Below are positions 43,541 through 53,214 of a DNA stretch of 64,000 nt, piece by piece. A program made the position numbers and the translations under genes. Origin of the DNA: Candidatus Poseidoniales archaeon (lineage in GTDB: Archaea > Thermoplasmatota > Poseidoniia > Poseidoniales > Poseidoniaceae). The notes beneath the pieces are model-generated. The model searched no databases. It saw only the letters and a list, made by a program, of their open reading frames with translations, and was not told the DNA's origin. Location: positions 8,479-72,478 of the forward strand of contig JAYOTG010000009.1 in the NCBI GenBank assembly GCA_038150305.1, in the 5' to 3' direction. Each line of letters begins with the position of its first letter. The first letter of the stretch is position 1.

Positions 43541-45070
43541 ATGCCCGTGAGCGATTGGACGGAGCGGCATCGTCCGTCGTCCGAACGCCAACTCGAGGGC
43601 AACGATGCGCAGCGAAGCAAGCTCCGCGAATGGCTTGAGGAATGGCGAACGGGTCGGCCCAAGCGGCCCGGTGTGTTGCTCGTCGGCCCGCCTGGCGTGG
43701 GCAAGACCTCGGTCGTCCGTGCGGTTGCAGCGGACATGGGGTGGAGCGTCATCGAACTCAACGCTTCCGACGATCGCAACGCAGCGGCGATTCGGAGAGC
43801 GGCCACGCACGGTGCAACCCACCGCTCGCTCTTTCACGACCCCAACGAACCCGCTCAGCGCACCCTCATTCTTCTGGATGAGGTGGACCACCTCTCTGGC
43901 GGTTTGCGCGCTGTCAGTGACGCGCGTGTCCGAGGGCAGTTGATGGACGACGACGACAAAGAGGCGTTGAAAGGGGATTCGGGTGGAAAAGCAGAGCTGC
44001 TGCGCCTGTTGGAGAAAACCAGCCAACCCGTTGTGCTGGCTTGCAATGACGTGATGCGTTTGTGGGGCTCAGGATCCAATTGGCGCTCCACCCGTGATCG
44101 TTTCTCTCGACACGTGCTGACGCTGAACTTCGACCGGGTGTCCAACGATGCCATCCGTCGAATTGCGCGTCGTGTGCTGCGCGAAGAAGGCGTGACCTTC
44201 GACGGCGATGCCCTGGACCTGCTCGTCAAACACAATCCGGGTGACCTGAGGGCCTTGGTGCGTGACCTCCAAGTCCTGTGTGAAGGATTTGACCGCGTGC
44301 TCACGGCCGAGGTCGTCATGGGCCGCATTCAGACCGGTGGTCGTGATTTGACCATGGGGGTCTTCCCAGGACTCGGCGCCGTGTACCAATCACGATCGGC
44401 GGAGGAGGCCGTCCGTCATGCATCGAGCCTCGACAAGGATCCCGCTGAGTTGGTGGACTGGGTCCACTGGAACAACGGGTCCGTCTTCACGCAAGCAACC
44501 TCGCGTGACCGTGCTGCGACAAGCCTGACCTTCGCAGATCGAGCAGCAGCCTCACGCTACCTCAGCACCGCGCATCGTTCGTCCTACTGGTCCCTGCACC
44601 TCAGCAGCTTGGCGGCTTCGGTGGCCAATTCGGAACCCGTTCAGAAGAAGGTCTACACGAATTATCCGGCTCACCTCCGCCGCACGGCGAGCAGGACGGC
44701 CTCGGTGGCGGAAGCTCTGGGCGATGCTTGCGGTGCGAGTGTGGTGGGCATGAGGGCCGAACTCCTCCCGATCCTCTCCGCCGGTCTCAGCGCAGAGGGG
44801 GGCATGGGCGACCATGAGCACCTCGACATGTCCATCGGGCTCGGCCTGACCTCCAACGAGCACGTTGCGCTGACGGGGCTCGCCACCAGCCGTCGTTCGG
44901 CCAAGGATCTCATGCTTCGTTATGATGAGGTGCTCAGCGAGCGGCTTCAACGTGAATCCGAACAGGATGCTCCTGCTGCACCTGCTGCGGTGGTTGAAGC
45001 GCCCGTGGTTGACGATTCAGAGGACGATTCAGCGGCCTCGCCTGCGGCCGGTCAGACCACGCTGTTCTGA
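43541..45070 (+). CDS. rfcL: Replication factor C large subunit
   Basis: WTERHRP, LLVGPPGVGKTS, ELNASD and LILLDEVD motifs. Acidic C-terminal tail. Confidence 0.8.
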   Translation: MPVSDWTERHRPSSERQLEGNDAQRSKLREWLEEWRTGRPKRPGVLLVGPPGVGKTSVVRAVAADMGWSVIELNASDDRNAAAIRRAATHGATHRSLFHDPNEPAQRTLILLDEVDHLSGGLRAVSDARVRGQLMDDDDKEALKGDSGGKAELLRLLEKTSQPVVLACNDVMRLWGSGSNWRSTRDRFSRHVLTLNFDRVSNDAIRRIARRVLREEGVTFDGDALDLLVKHNPGDLRALVRDLQVLCEGFDRVLTAEVVMGRIQTGGRDLTMGVFPGLGAVYQSRSAEEAVRHASSLDKDPAELVDWVHWNNGSVFTQATSRDRAATSLTFADRAAASRYLSTAHRSSYWSLHLSSLAASVANSEPVQKKVYTNYPAHLRRTASRTASVAEALGDACGASVVGMRAELLPILSAGLSAEGGMGDHEHLDMSIGLGLTSNEHVALTGLATSRRSAKDLMLRYDEVLSERLQRESEQDAPAAPAAVVEAPVVDDSEDDSAASPAAGQTTLF

Positions 45071-46662
45071 TCTTCTTCGTCGACGTCCTTCTTTCTCGCG
45101 CCCGGCTCTCGCCACGTGGATGGCGAAAAGAGGATCACAGCCGTCAGTAGTTCAAGACGGCCGAACCACATCAAAATCCCCGTCAAAATCAGCCCGCCGT
45201 TTGGCATGGCGGCCCAAGTGACCGCTGGCCCGAATTGACCCATCGCGGGACCCGTGTTGCCCAACGCGCTTGCGGTCACGCCAATGACGGTCAGGACGTC
45301 AAGGTCCTCGCCCATCGGGGCCATGATCAGGGCCAGGAGCAACGATGCTCCGGCGAAGAGGAGGATCCAAACCAGCAGCATGCCAACGATCAATTCGACT
45401 TGCTCCTGTTCAACCTGCTCGCCGTTCATTCGAACGGTGTGGATGCGCCTCGGGTGGGTGAGTCGGTTCAATTGGCGTCGCGCCACCTTGACGGCGAGGC
45501 TGATGCGTAGCAGTTTGAGACCGCCTGCGGTCGAACCTGCGGAAGCGCCCACCACCATCAACATCAGAATGACGATTTGAGCAATGACGGGCCACAGCAT
45601 GTAATCGGCCGTGCCGTATCCTGTTGATGTCGCGATGGCGACCACTTGAAACAGGGATTTCCGCAAGGGTTCGCTCCCCACGTCACCGCCCTTGACGTAC
45701 AGCGCTGCCGTGATGATGGCCGTGGCTCCGACCAAGTAGGCGATGTAGGTCTTGAATTCCTCATCGGCCCACATCTTTCCGGGTTGCCGCTGGACGATGA
45801 AGTAGAGCAGCGTGAAGTTGACACCTGCCAGGAACATGAACACCAAGATGATCGATTCCAGAGCAGCGGAGTCCCAGTGACCGATGCTGTCGTCGGTGGT
45901 CGAGAAACCGCCGCTTGGCATCGTGGTCAGGCCGTGATTGACGGCCTCGAAGGTGTTCATGGGCGTCAGGCCGATGAGCAACGCAATTTCGAGGAGGGTC
46001 AGCACGAGGTACATGATCCACAACGCCTGGGCAGTTTGCGCAAGCTTGGGGCGCAGGCGGGAAAGGGAAGGACCGGTCAGTTCGGCTCGTGCGAGGGCCA
46101 TCCCACCGCCCAAAACGCGTGACAGGACCACCATGCTCAGCATGATGACACCCATGCCCCCCAACCACTGCATGGTTGAGCGCCACAACAGAAGCCCACG
46201 CGACTGGGCGCCGATGCAATCTTCCGTGTTCGCGAAACAATTCGGTGAGGTGGACACGTCGATGATGGTCGTCCCTGTGGTGGTGAATCCGGACATCGCT
46301 TCAAACCCAGAATGGATGAGGCCTTCCATGGCGGCAAGGAGAGTGACGTCTGGGGTAAATGGGCCATGAAACATGCCGCCTAACCAGAAGGGCATGGCGC
46401 CAAAGGCCACAACGACCGGATAGGCCAACGCCACGGTGGCGAAGGCTTCCCTGTCCCGTAAGCGGTCCGGGGTTTCTGGGGTGGTGCCGTAGCGCAGCAT
46501 CAGCCAACTGGAGCCCATCGCCAGCAGCGTGGATGGGAGGAACGCGATGAGGGCCATCTGCACGTCATCGAGGAAGGCCGTGGCGATGCCAACGAGGGCC
46601 AAGGGGACCGTGAGGGCCCCGACGGTCCAACCCAGAATGAGGTACAGCACGTCCCAACGCAT
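45052..46662 (-). CDS. trkH: TrkH/KtrB-family potassium transporter
   Basis: Polytopic, with repeated selectivity-filter-like MSGFTTTG and ATSTGYG segments. Confidence 0.85.
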   Translation of the reverse strand: MRWDVLYLILGWTVGALTVPLALVGIATAFLDDVQMALIAFLPSTLLAMGSSWLMLRYGTTPETPDRLRDREAFATVALAYPVVVAFGAMPFWLGGMFHGPFTPDVTLLAAMEGLIHSGFEAMSGFTTTGTTIIDVSTSPNCFANTEDCIGAQSRGLLLWRSTMQWLGGMGVIMLSMVVLSRVLGGGMALARAELTGPSLSRLRPKLAQTAQALWIMYLVLTLLEIALLIGLTPMNTFEAVNHGLTTMPSGGFSTTDDSIGHWDSAALESIILVFMFLAGVNFTLLYFIVQRQPGKMWADEEFKTYIAYLVGATAIITAALYVKGGDVGSEPLRKSLFQVVAIATSTGYGTADYMLWPVIAQIVILMLMVVGASAGSTAGGLKLLRISLAVKVARRQLNRLTHPRRIHTVRMNGEQVEQEQVELIVGMLLVWILLFAGASLLLALIMAPMGEDLDVLTVIGVTASALGNTGPAMGQFGPAVTWAAMPNGGLILTGILMWFGRLELLTAVILFSPSTWREPGARKKDVDEEDQNSVV

Positions 46663-46665
46663 GCA

Positions 46666-48084
46666 TCACACCCGGAATTTTTTCTCCACGTCTGCGACGT
46701 GGTCGGGGGACGTGAAGATGATCAAGCGATCGTGTTCGATCAGGGTTTCATCGGGGTGAGGATCATGCGACGACCAGCGCCCATGCGAATCGCTGCGTTG
46801 GATGAAGGCGATCCGCATCCAGTCGGGGAAACCACCCTCTCGAATGCGTCGTCCACAAAACTTGGCCGCCTTGGTGACCTCGTGGGTGACGCCAACGACG
46901 TTGGGAATCGTGGAGAGAACCGCATAATGCCCGGCGAGTTTCCTGTGCACGAGCGTCAACAACTCGTCGACGGCCACGCGGGTGATGTCGACGGAGAAGC
47001 TGATGCCCATGCGCTGCACGACGTGAACAAGATCGTTGTCGTTGAGAATCAGTCCTGTGTTGGGTACGCCGAGGTCCATGGCGAACAACATCGCGGCGAT
47101 GTTGGCGTGGTCATCGTCCAAGGCGCCGACCGCGACGTCCATGCCGCCCATGCCAACTTCTTCCATGGTTTCCCGAGAAACATGGTCGCCGTGAATGACC
47201 TCAAGCTCAGGGTGTCCGCCAATGCGGTGACCTGAGATGGCGTTGGCCGTTTGCAGGTCACCTTCAACGATCATCACGTGTGCGCCTTCAGTCAACCAAT
47301 GCTCGGCGATGCGCAGACCAAGCCTCGAGCCACCGACCACGACCACCTTCGGCTGGGCGGGGAAGGCGCGCACGTCATGCCCGAAGGTATGGACAAGATC
47401 GTCGAATGAGCCGAGGCCTGTGGTGGCCACTGCGATACGGTCTCCCGGTCGGAGCACGGTGGTTCCTGAGGGCACGATGCTCCGCGTTCCCTTGCGCTTG
47501 AGTCCAATGAGCAGCGGTACTGGAGAACCGGCTTCCACCTCGACGTCGGCCAAAGGCACGTCCAAAGGAAGGCGACAATCTTCCGTGATTTCGAGTTCCA
47601 CGAGGTAGGCTTCGTGGTCGAAGGGAATCACTTCGGCGAAGGAGGATGCCCGAATGCCGGATGAGAGCCGGCTGATGGCGCCGTCAATTGGGTCGATGGC
47701 ACGGTCCACTTCGGCCCATGCCGCAAGACCGCCGTGCGCCTGTTCGTCGAGGATGGTCTCATCGCGGATCCTAGAGATGGTCAAGAGGTCCTCACGCGTT
47801 CCACCGCGGTGTTCGTGCAGGTGCTTGGCCAACCCACACGCAAGCACGTTGCGGTCGTCCTTGTCGGTCGCCGCGATGAACACGTCAGCACGCTCAATGC
47901 CTGCCTCAATCAGGGCCTGTCGGTCGAGCATGTCACCGTGCAGGACCAGCATGTCGAAGGCTTGCGCGTTTTTCACGGCCCTCGAATTCATGTCGAGAAG
48001 CACGACGTCGTTCTTCTGCTCCTTGATGAGGGCCTCGGCCAAGCCGAGGCCAACGCGACCTGCACCTGCAATCACCACCAGCAT
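46666..48084 (-). CDS. trkA: TrkA (tandem RCK: two NAD-binding plus two TrkA-C domains)
   Basis: VVIAGAGRVGLGLA and a second VVVGGSRLGLRIA Rossmann motif. Sits 3 nt from trkH. Confidence 0.85.
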   Translation of the reverse strand: MLVVIAGAGRVGLGLAEALIKEQKNDVVLLDMNSRAVKNAQAFDMLVLHGDMLDRQALIEAGIERADVFIAATDKDDRNVLACGLAKHLHEHRGGTREDLLTISRIRDETILDEQAHGGLAAWAEVDRAIDPIDGAISRLSSGIRASSFAEVIPFDHEAYLVELEITEDCRLPLDVPLADVEVEAGSPVPLLIGLKRKGTRSIVPSGTTVLRPGDRIAVATTGLGSFDDLVHTFGHDVRAFPAQPKVVVVGGSRLGLRIAEHWLTEGAHVMIVEGDLQTANAISGHRIGGHPELEVIHGDHVSRETMEEVGMGGMDVAVGALDDDHANIAAMLFAMDLGVPNTGLILNDNDLVHVVQRMGISFSVDITRVAVDELLTLVHRKLAGHYAVLSTIPNVVGVTHEVTKAAKFCGRRIREGGFPDWMRIAFIQRSDSHGRWSSHDPHPDETLIEHDRLIIFTSPDHVADVEKKFRV

Positions 48085-48088
48085 GTCA

Positions 48089-49624
48089 TCACCTCAGGTC
48101 TTCGGAGAGCTTGTTCACGCTGTAGGAGCCGCCGTCCAATTGGACGCCTTCTGCCGTGCTGATGAGCATGTTTCGTTCGATTGGCGTCTCGCCGATGTTG
48201 GCTGCGGTGAAGATGGTGCTCTGGTAGGCGGAGGCGATGGCATCCCCTGAAGGGTCGGGCTCCTCCATCCAATCCACGTAGGCGTTGGTGGTGTGCAAGA
48301 GCCACTTGTTGTTGACGACGTCAACGCTGGCCTCCACAAAGCAGTCGTTGGCGTCGATCAGGTTGGCCGTGCACCATCCTTCATCGAGCGGGAGCATGAT
48401 GTAGCCCCACGCATGCAACTCCCACGTGGTGAAACTGAGGGGGTCGACAAGTGCGCCGAACACAAACCAACCGGGGATGCCTTTGGTCCTCAAAATCGAC
48501 AGGAAAGCGTTGGTTTGTTCATCGCAGTCACCGGTGCCGTCGGCCAAGCACGTTGGACCTGAACGAGGCGTGTTCAAGGCGTACTCATCGTAGGGCACGT
48601 TCTCATGCATCCAGTCGAAGGTGGCACGGGCGAAGGCGTAGACGTTGTCCTGACGTCCTTCAGGAAGGCGCATCGAGATGAGGTCCGCCGTCTCTTGCAC
48701 GATTTGGGCGGTGGAATCGATGGCATAACCGCGGTCAGAACCGTTCTCGTAGACGCCGAGGTCGTACCAGCGTCCGTCTGTGAATTCAGCGACGCGAAGA
48801 CCGTCTCGTCGGTCGCTCAAATCGTCAAAGGTTCCAGAGCGATCGACGTTGATGCCGGTTGCACCACCTGGAATCCGTGCATCGACGCGGTCGTGGTCCC
48901 ACCAGGTGTAACTCTTCACCGCCACGTTCGCAACGGTGGTGAAGCGGACGACGTCCCCGGCCTCCATGTTGAGTCGAACTTTCACGCATGCCGTGATGGA
49001 GCACTGTTCGTGGTCGTTGACCGCTTGACTTGGCCACCAAACTTCATGGCCTTGGCTTGAGATCCATGCGTTGTCACGTTCAACCGTGGTGCCGTCCAAG
49101 GGGACATTCACGCTCTCGCCTTCGACGGTCACGACGAAGCTTTCAGGGACTTGCAACGTGAACGGCGTGCTGCTGTCAATGGCCGTTTCCATACCGTGTG
49201 CGCTGGTGAGGTTGAGCGGCAGTCGAATGGTTTCCAGGAGGTATGCCGGCCGGTCAAGATGGTTTTCAACCTCATAATCGCGTTGCACGCCGAACGAAGC
49301 CTCTTGCGGATAAATCAGCGGACCCTCGAGCAGTTGCGCGAGGTATTCGTCGAGGTTGTCCACGGTGCCAAAGGCCGCCTCTCTGGCTTGCGGAGAGAGA
49401 AACGCGAAAATCACGAAGGCCAGCATGAACACCGATCGCTGCCTGTTTCGTCGGCGTTTCATGATGTTCCGCGTGCGTCCCTTTTGGTCGACCACGACAC
49501 CGCGCTGTTTTGGGGCGCTGGGCATGGAGTACCCCTTACCTTCACCCTTGAGAAATCGGCCGCACGTGTAGCATACGGCATCGCCGGGGAGCGTGACCGC
49601 ACGGCAGTGTGGGCAGGTGCCCAT
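48089..49624 (-). CDS. Transglutaminase-like cysteine protease-fold protein with N-terminal zinc ribbon and one TM helix
   Basis: CPHC-x12-CYTC, then a TM helix (VFMLAFVIFAFL). TGase core GDCDEQTNAFLSILRTKGIPGW...HAWGY. Sits 4 nt upstream of trkA. Confidence 0.7.
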   Translation of the reverse strand: MGTCPHCRAVTLPGDAVCYTCGRFLKGEGKGYSMPSAPKQRGVVVDQKGRTRNIMKRRRNRQRSVFMLAFVIFAFLSPQAREAAFGTVDNLDEYLAQLLEGPLIYPQEASFGVQRDYEVENHLDRPAYLLETIRLPLNLTSAHGMETAIDSSTPFTLQVPESFVVTVEGESVNVPLDGTTVERDNAWISSQGHEVWWPSQAVNDHEQCSITACVKVRLNMEAGDVVRFTTVANVAVKSYTWWDHDRVDARIPGGATGINVDRSGTFDDLSDRRDGLRVAEFTDGRWYDLGVYENGSDRGYAIDSTAQIVQETADLISMRLPEGRQDNVYAFARATFDWMHENVPYDEYALNTPRSGPTCLADGTGDCDEQTNAFLSILRTKGIPGWFVFGALVDPLSFTTWELHAWGYIMLPLDEGWCTANLIDANDCFVEASVDVVNNKWLLHTTNAYVDWMEEPDPSGDAIASAYQSTIFTAANIGETPIERNMLISTAEGVQLDGGSYSVNKLSEDLR

Positions 49625-49669
49625 GCTTCCTTCTGCCGACCGACGCCGTTTAACGCTTCCTTGGAGGAT

Positions 49670-50428
49670 TTACTCCTCCTCTCGTTCCCGCGTGCGCTGT
49701 TCACGTGCACGTTCTGCTCGAACGCGGCGCAGGGCGCGTTTTGCTTGGGGGCTCAGCCCGTCCCACACCCATGCGCTGACACGGGGTTCCATGGACAACA
49801 AAAGCACGGCGGCAGCCAGCCAGATGAGCGGTTGGAAAAAGGCGTAGTAAGCAAGGCTGAGGAGGACCATGCGCCACACTGCGGCCCGAACAACGGCTCC
49901 GACCCGTCGCCCTTGGAGCATCAAATGGCCTTGCCAGGCGGTCAACGTCCCCTCCAATCGTGGGAACAAGAGGCCGAAGGCGGCGGCTCCAAGCCATCGA
50001 TGGGCGCCGTCGAAGGTTCCCTCGGCGTTGAGCAATTGCGCGCTCAGGAACAACCCCTGCATGCCGCCCATCGCTGCACCGAGGGCCCAGCCCGAGGTCG
50101 TTTGTGCGCTTGCCTCGCGGACCTTGGCCCGTCGCAGGATGAGGTGTGCGGCGGCGGAGTGCATCGAGACAAACCACAGCAAAACAAGCAGGTTTGGGCC
50201 TTGCGAAGCCGGTGCACCTCCGACGACGACGTCGAAATAAGGGATGAACAGCGTTTGAAACTCGAGTGCAGCCACCACGGCGCCGAGGACGAAACCCCAC
50301 AAGACGTGGCTCCAGGCGAGGCTCAGGTCGTAGAAACCCGCATATTGCGTCATCACGCCGCGCCATGCCAAGCCCATGCCAAGCAGGGCGAGCAAGGCCG
50401 CGATCTGGAAGACCACGGCCTCTTGCAT
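49670..50428 (-). CDS. Hypothetical multi-pass membrane protein with basic/acidic C-terminal tail
   Basis: About 7 hydrophobic helices. Ends in RRVRAERAREQRTREREEE. No family recognised. Confidence 0.45.
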   Translation of the reverse strand: MQEAVVFQIAALLALLGMGLAWRGVMTQYAGFYDLSLAWSHVLWGFVLGAVVAALEFQTLFIPYFDVVVGGAPASQGPNLLVLLWFVSMHSAAAHLILRRAKVREASAQTTSGWALGAAMGGMQGLFLSAQLLNAEGTFDGAHRWLGAAAFGLLFPRLEGTLTAWQGHLMLQGRRVGAVVRAAVWRMVLLSLAYYAFFQPLIWLAAAVLLLSMEPRVSAWVWDGLSPQAKRALRRVRAERAREQRTREREEE

Positions 50429-50504
50429 GCCTCAAGGCAGGCCCTCATGTTGATGAAGCATCCCACGTCGAGAAGTTCAAACGGCCCCGTTCCTCAGCCG
50501 AACC

Positions 50505-51749
50505 ATGGCCCGACTGCTGTTGTTTGGCGGAAAAGGCGGTGTCGGAAAGACGACCTGTTCGGCAGCGAGCGCCATTCGCCTTGCCGACGCGGGACTTCGG
50601 GTTTTGCTGGTGTCCAGCGATCCGGCCCACTCCACGTCGGACTCGTTGGGTCTTGAGCTTGGTCCGGAACCCACTCCAGTCGAGGGCGTTCCGGGCCTCT
50701 TCGGTTTGGAGATGGACCCTGAAGCCCGCGTGGCTCAGGCCATGCCAAAATTGAGCGAAGCCATGCAGGGTCTCGGAAACGGGGGTCCATTTGCCGGCTT
50801 GGCGGGCATGGCCGGTGGCGACCTCGGCGGAGCCGCGGCCGATGTGGGCAGCGAGGTCGAAGCGTCTGACCTCCTCCTGCCTGGTCTCGACGAAGCGCTG
50901 GCGTTCGATGAGTTGCTGAAGCACATCGAGGACCTTCGCTGGGACGTGGTCGTGTTTGACACGGCGCCGACGGGTCATACGTTGCGCTTTTTGGCGCTGC
51001 CGGAACTCATCGATGCATGGTCGGACCGGCTGCTTCGCCTGATGCGAGCTTCCGGTGGCATCCGCTCGATGCTCTTCGGACGAAAGGAAAGCGACGCGAT
51101 GAAGGAGGAGCTCGAGCGGTTCCGACGCCGCGTGTTGCACATTCGAAGGATCCTTTCAGATCCGTCCACGACCAGGTTCACCTTGGTGACCATTCCTGAG
51201 CGCATGGGCGTGAACGAGACCGTTCGTGCCAATAAAGCCCTGCAACATCATGGGTTGCCGGTCACGGGTTGCGTGGTCAACCGCGTGACGCCTGAATTCG
51301 ATCACCCCTTCTTGGCACGTCGTCGCTCAGAGGAGCAGGGCAGGATCCGCGAACTTGAGGAGGCGCTCGGCGATTTCACGCCAGTCTGTGTGCCGTTGAT
51401 GGACACGGAAGTTCACGGCCTGGACGGGCTCCGTGACCTCGCTCAGGTCCTCTACGGTGACCTTCAAGCCATGCCAGAAGGCATTGGCCCACATCCGATG
51501 GGCGATCCACTGCATCATGAACTCCACCGCTCGCTCGTGGTGGAACAGGCGGAAGACGAGGAGACCATCCAACTTCACCTGCCGGGACTCGCACGCGAAG
51601 ACCTCAGCCTCCGCAGCGAGGAAGGACGGCTGCTCGTTGGCGTGAACGGTCATGAACGTCATGTGCCGACGTCCTGTGCGGTCAAGGCCAGCACAGTGGT
51701 CGCCCGGTTCCGAGGCGAGGTGCTGCACCTGACGGTCCCGATTTCCTGA
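50505..51749 (+). CDS. ArsA/Get3-family ATPase with C-terminal HSP20/alpha-crystallin-like domain
   Basis: GGKGGVGKTT P-loop, SSDPAHS and DTAPTGHTLRFL switch motifs. C-terminal beta-rich ~80 aa (IQLHLPGLAREDLSLRSEEGRLLV...VLHLTVP). Confidence 0.85.
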   Translation: MARLLLFGGKGGVGKTTCSAASAIRLADAGLRVLLVSSDPAHSTSDSLGLELGPEPTPVEGVPGLFGLEMDPEARVAQAMPKLSEAMQGLGNGGPFAGLAGMAGGDLGGAAADVGSEVEASDLLLPGLDEALAFDELLKHIEDLRWDVVVFDTAPTGHTLRFLALPELIDAWSDRLLRLMRASGGIRSMLFGRKESDAMKEELERFRRRVLHIRRILSDPSTTRFTLVTIPERMGVNETVRANKALQHHGLPVTGCVVNRVTPEFDHPFLARRRSEEQGRIRELEEALGDFTPVCVPLMDTEVHGLDGLRDLAQVLYGDLQAMPEGIGPHPMGDPLHHELHRSLVVEQAEDEETIQLHLPGLAREDLSLRSEEGRLLVGVNGHERHVPTSCAVKASTVVARFRGEVLHLTVPIS

Positions 51750-51789
51750 CCGTCAACAGGTTGAAACCCACCCCTTGTGAGGCGAAGAC

Positions 51790-53160
51790 ATGGCGCTGGA
51801 AGGCCTCTCCAAGGGGATTTTCCGGTCCCTCGGCTTTCTCAAGTCCAAGCGTCGCCTGGACGAGGAAGAACTCCGCGACATGACGAAGAGCCTGCGCAGG
51901 GCTTTGCAGGAAGCGGATTTCAACGTCCGACAAACCAAGGAGATCGTCGAACGGCTCGAAGCGAGAATGCGGGAGGAAGAACCTCGTCCTGGCATCACGC
52001 TCCAAACCCATGCGATGAACATCCTCTACACCGAATTGGTCCGCCTGCTCGGTCCCTCCTCTGAATTCCGACCTCACGGAAACACCCTCCTTCTCGTTGG
52101 TCTCTACGGTCAAGGAAAGACCACCACGACGGCCAAGCTGGCCGAGTGGTACCGCAAGAAGCACGGTGTTCGCGTGGCCGTGATCGAAGCGGACGTTCAC
52201 CGGCCCGGTGCCTACGCCCAATTGAGCCAACTCCTCGAGGGAACCTCCGTCCAGGTCTACGGCGAACCCGACACCAAAGACGCCGCAACCATCGTGCGGA
52301 ACGGGCTCGAAGCCACGTCCTCGGCCGACTTTGTCATCATCGACACCGCCGGCCGTCACGAACTTGACGAGGAATTGGTGGTCGAACTCGATGAGATCGC
52401 CGCTCTTGCTCAGGCCGAAGAACGCTGGCTCGTGATCGACGCACAAGTCGGACAAGCGGCCGGGCCCGTCGCTGCCTCATTCCACGATTTGGCCGGCGTC
52501 ACGGGCATCGTCATCACCAAACTCGACGGTACGGCACGTGGTGGTGGCGCGCTCTCGGCCGTTGCGGCCACGGGGGCTCCAATCGTCCATATCGGTGTGG
52601 GCGAGCAGGTCAAGGACCTCGAGCGATTCGAATCCGACCGATTCATTTCGCGGTTGCTCGGCATGGGTGACATTCAGGGCCTGATCGATTTGGCTCCGGA
52701 GGACCTCGATGAGGAGGAAGCCTTGCGACTGACACAGCGCCTGATGTCCGGTCGGTTCACCCTCAACGACATGTACAAGCAAATGGAAATGATGTCCAAA
52801 GTTGGCACCATTGACAAATTGATGTCCTTTTTGCCGGGTGGCATGCTTGGCGGCATGGCCCAAGCCTCAAAGTCCCAAAAGGAAGCCATGCAAGCCAATC
52901 TTGACCGCTATCGTGTGATCATGGACAGCATGACCACGTGGGAAAAGAACGAACCTGCGAAGATCAAGGTCGAGCGTGTTCGTCGTATCGCAAAAGGCTC
53001 TGGCGTGAAGGAAAAGGACGTCCGCGAACTCATCGGGCAATGGAACCGCTCGCGGAAGATGATGAAGGGGATGGGTGGAAACCGACGCCTCAACAAGCAG
53101 ATGCGGAAGATGATGAAAGACGGCGAGATGGAACTCGACGGCGACTCCCTTCCGTTTTGA
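51790..53160 (+). CDS. srp54: Signal recognition particle protein Srp54
   Basis: [16 protein letters not shown] and [10 protein letters not shown] motifs. Met-rich M domain. Confidence 0.95.
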   Translation: MALEGLSKGIFRSLGFLKSKRRLDEEELRDMTKSLRRALQEADFNVRQTKEIVERLEARMREEEPRPGITLQTHAMNILYTELVRLLGPSSEFRPHGNTLLLVGLYGQGKTTTTAKLAEWYRKKHGVRVAVIEADVHRPGAYAQLSQLLEGTSVQVYGEPDTKDAATIVRNGLEATSSADFVIIDTAGRHELDEELVVELDEIAALAQAEERWLVIDAQVGQAAGPVAASFHDLAGVTGIVITKLDGTARGGGALSAVAATGAPIVHIGVGEQVKDLERFESDRFISRLLGMGDIQGLIDLAPEDLDEEEALRLTQRLMSGRFTLNDMYKQMEMMSKVGTIDKLMSFLPGGMLGGMAQASKSQKEAMQANLDRYRVIMDSMTTWEKNEPAKIKVERVRRIAKGSGVKEKDVRELIGQWNRSRKMMKGMGGNRRLNKQMRKMMKDGEMELDGDSLPF

Positions 53161-53214
53161 TTAGCCCTCACGGCGTGTGAAAGGTCTCCCCATTGCTGAG
53201 GATGGTGTGTTGCG

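Noticed and set aside
49151-50656. 501-aa plus-strand ORF across the transglutaminase-like and 7-TM genes
   Set aside because: The translation is Arg/Gly/Pro/His-rich. It overlaps two minus-strand genes that have a catalytic core or coherent TM helices.
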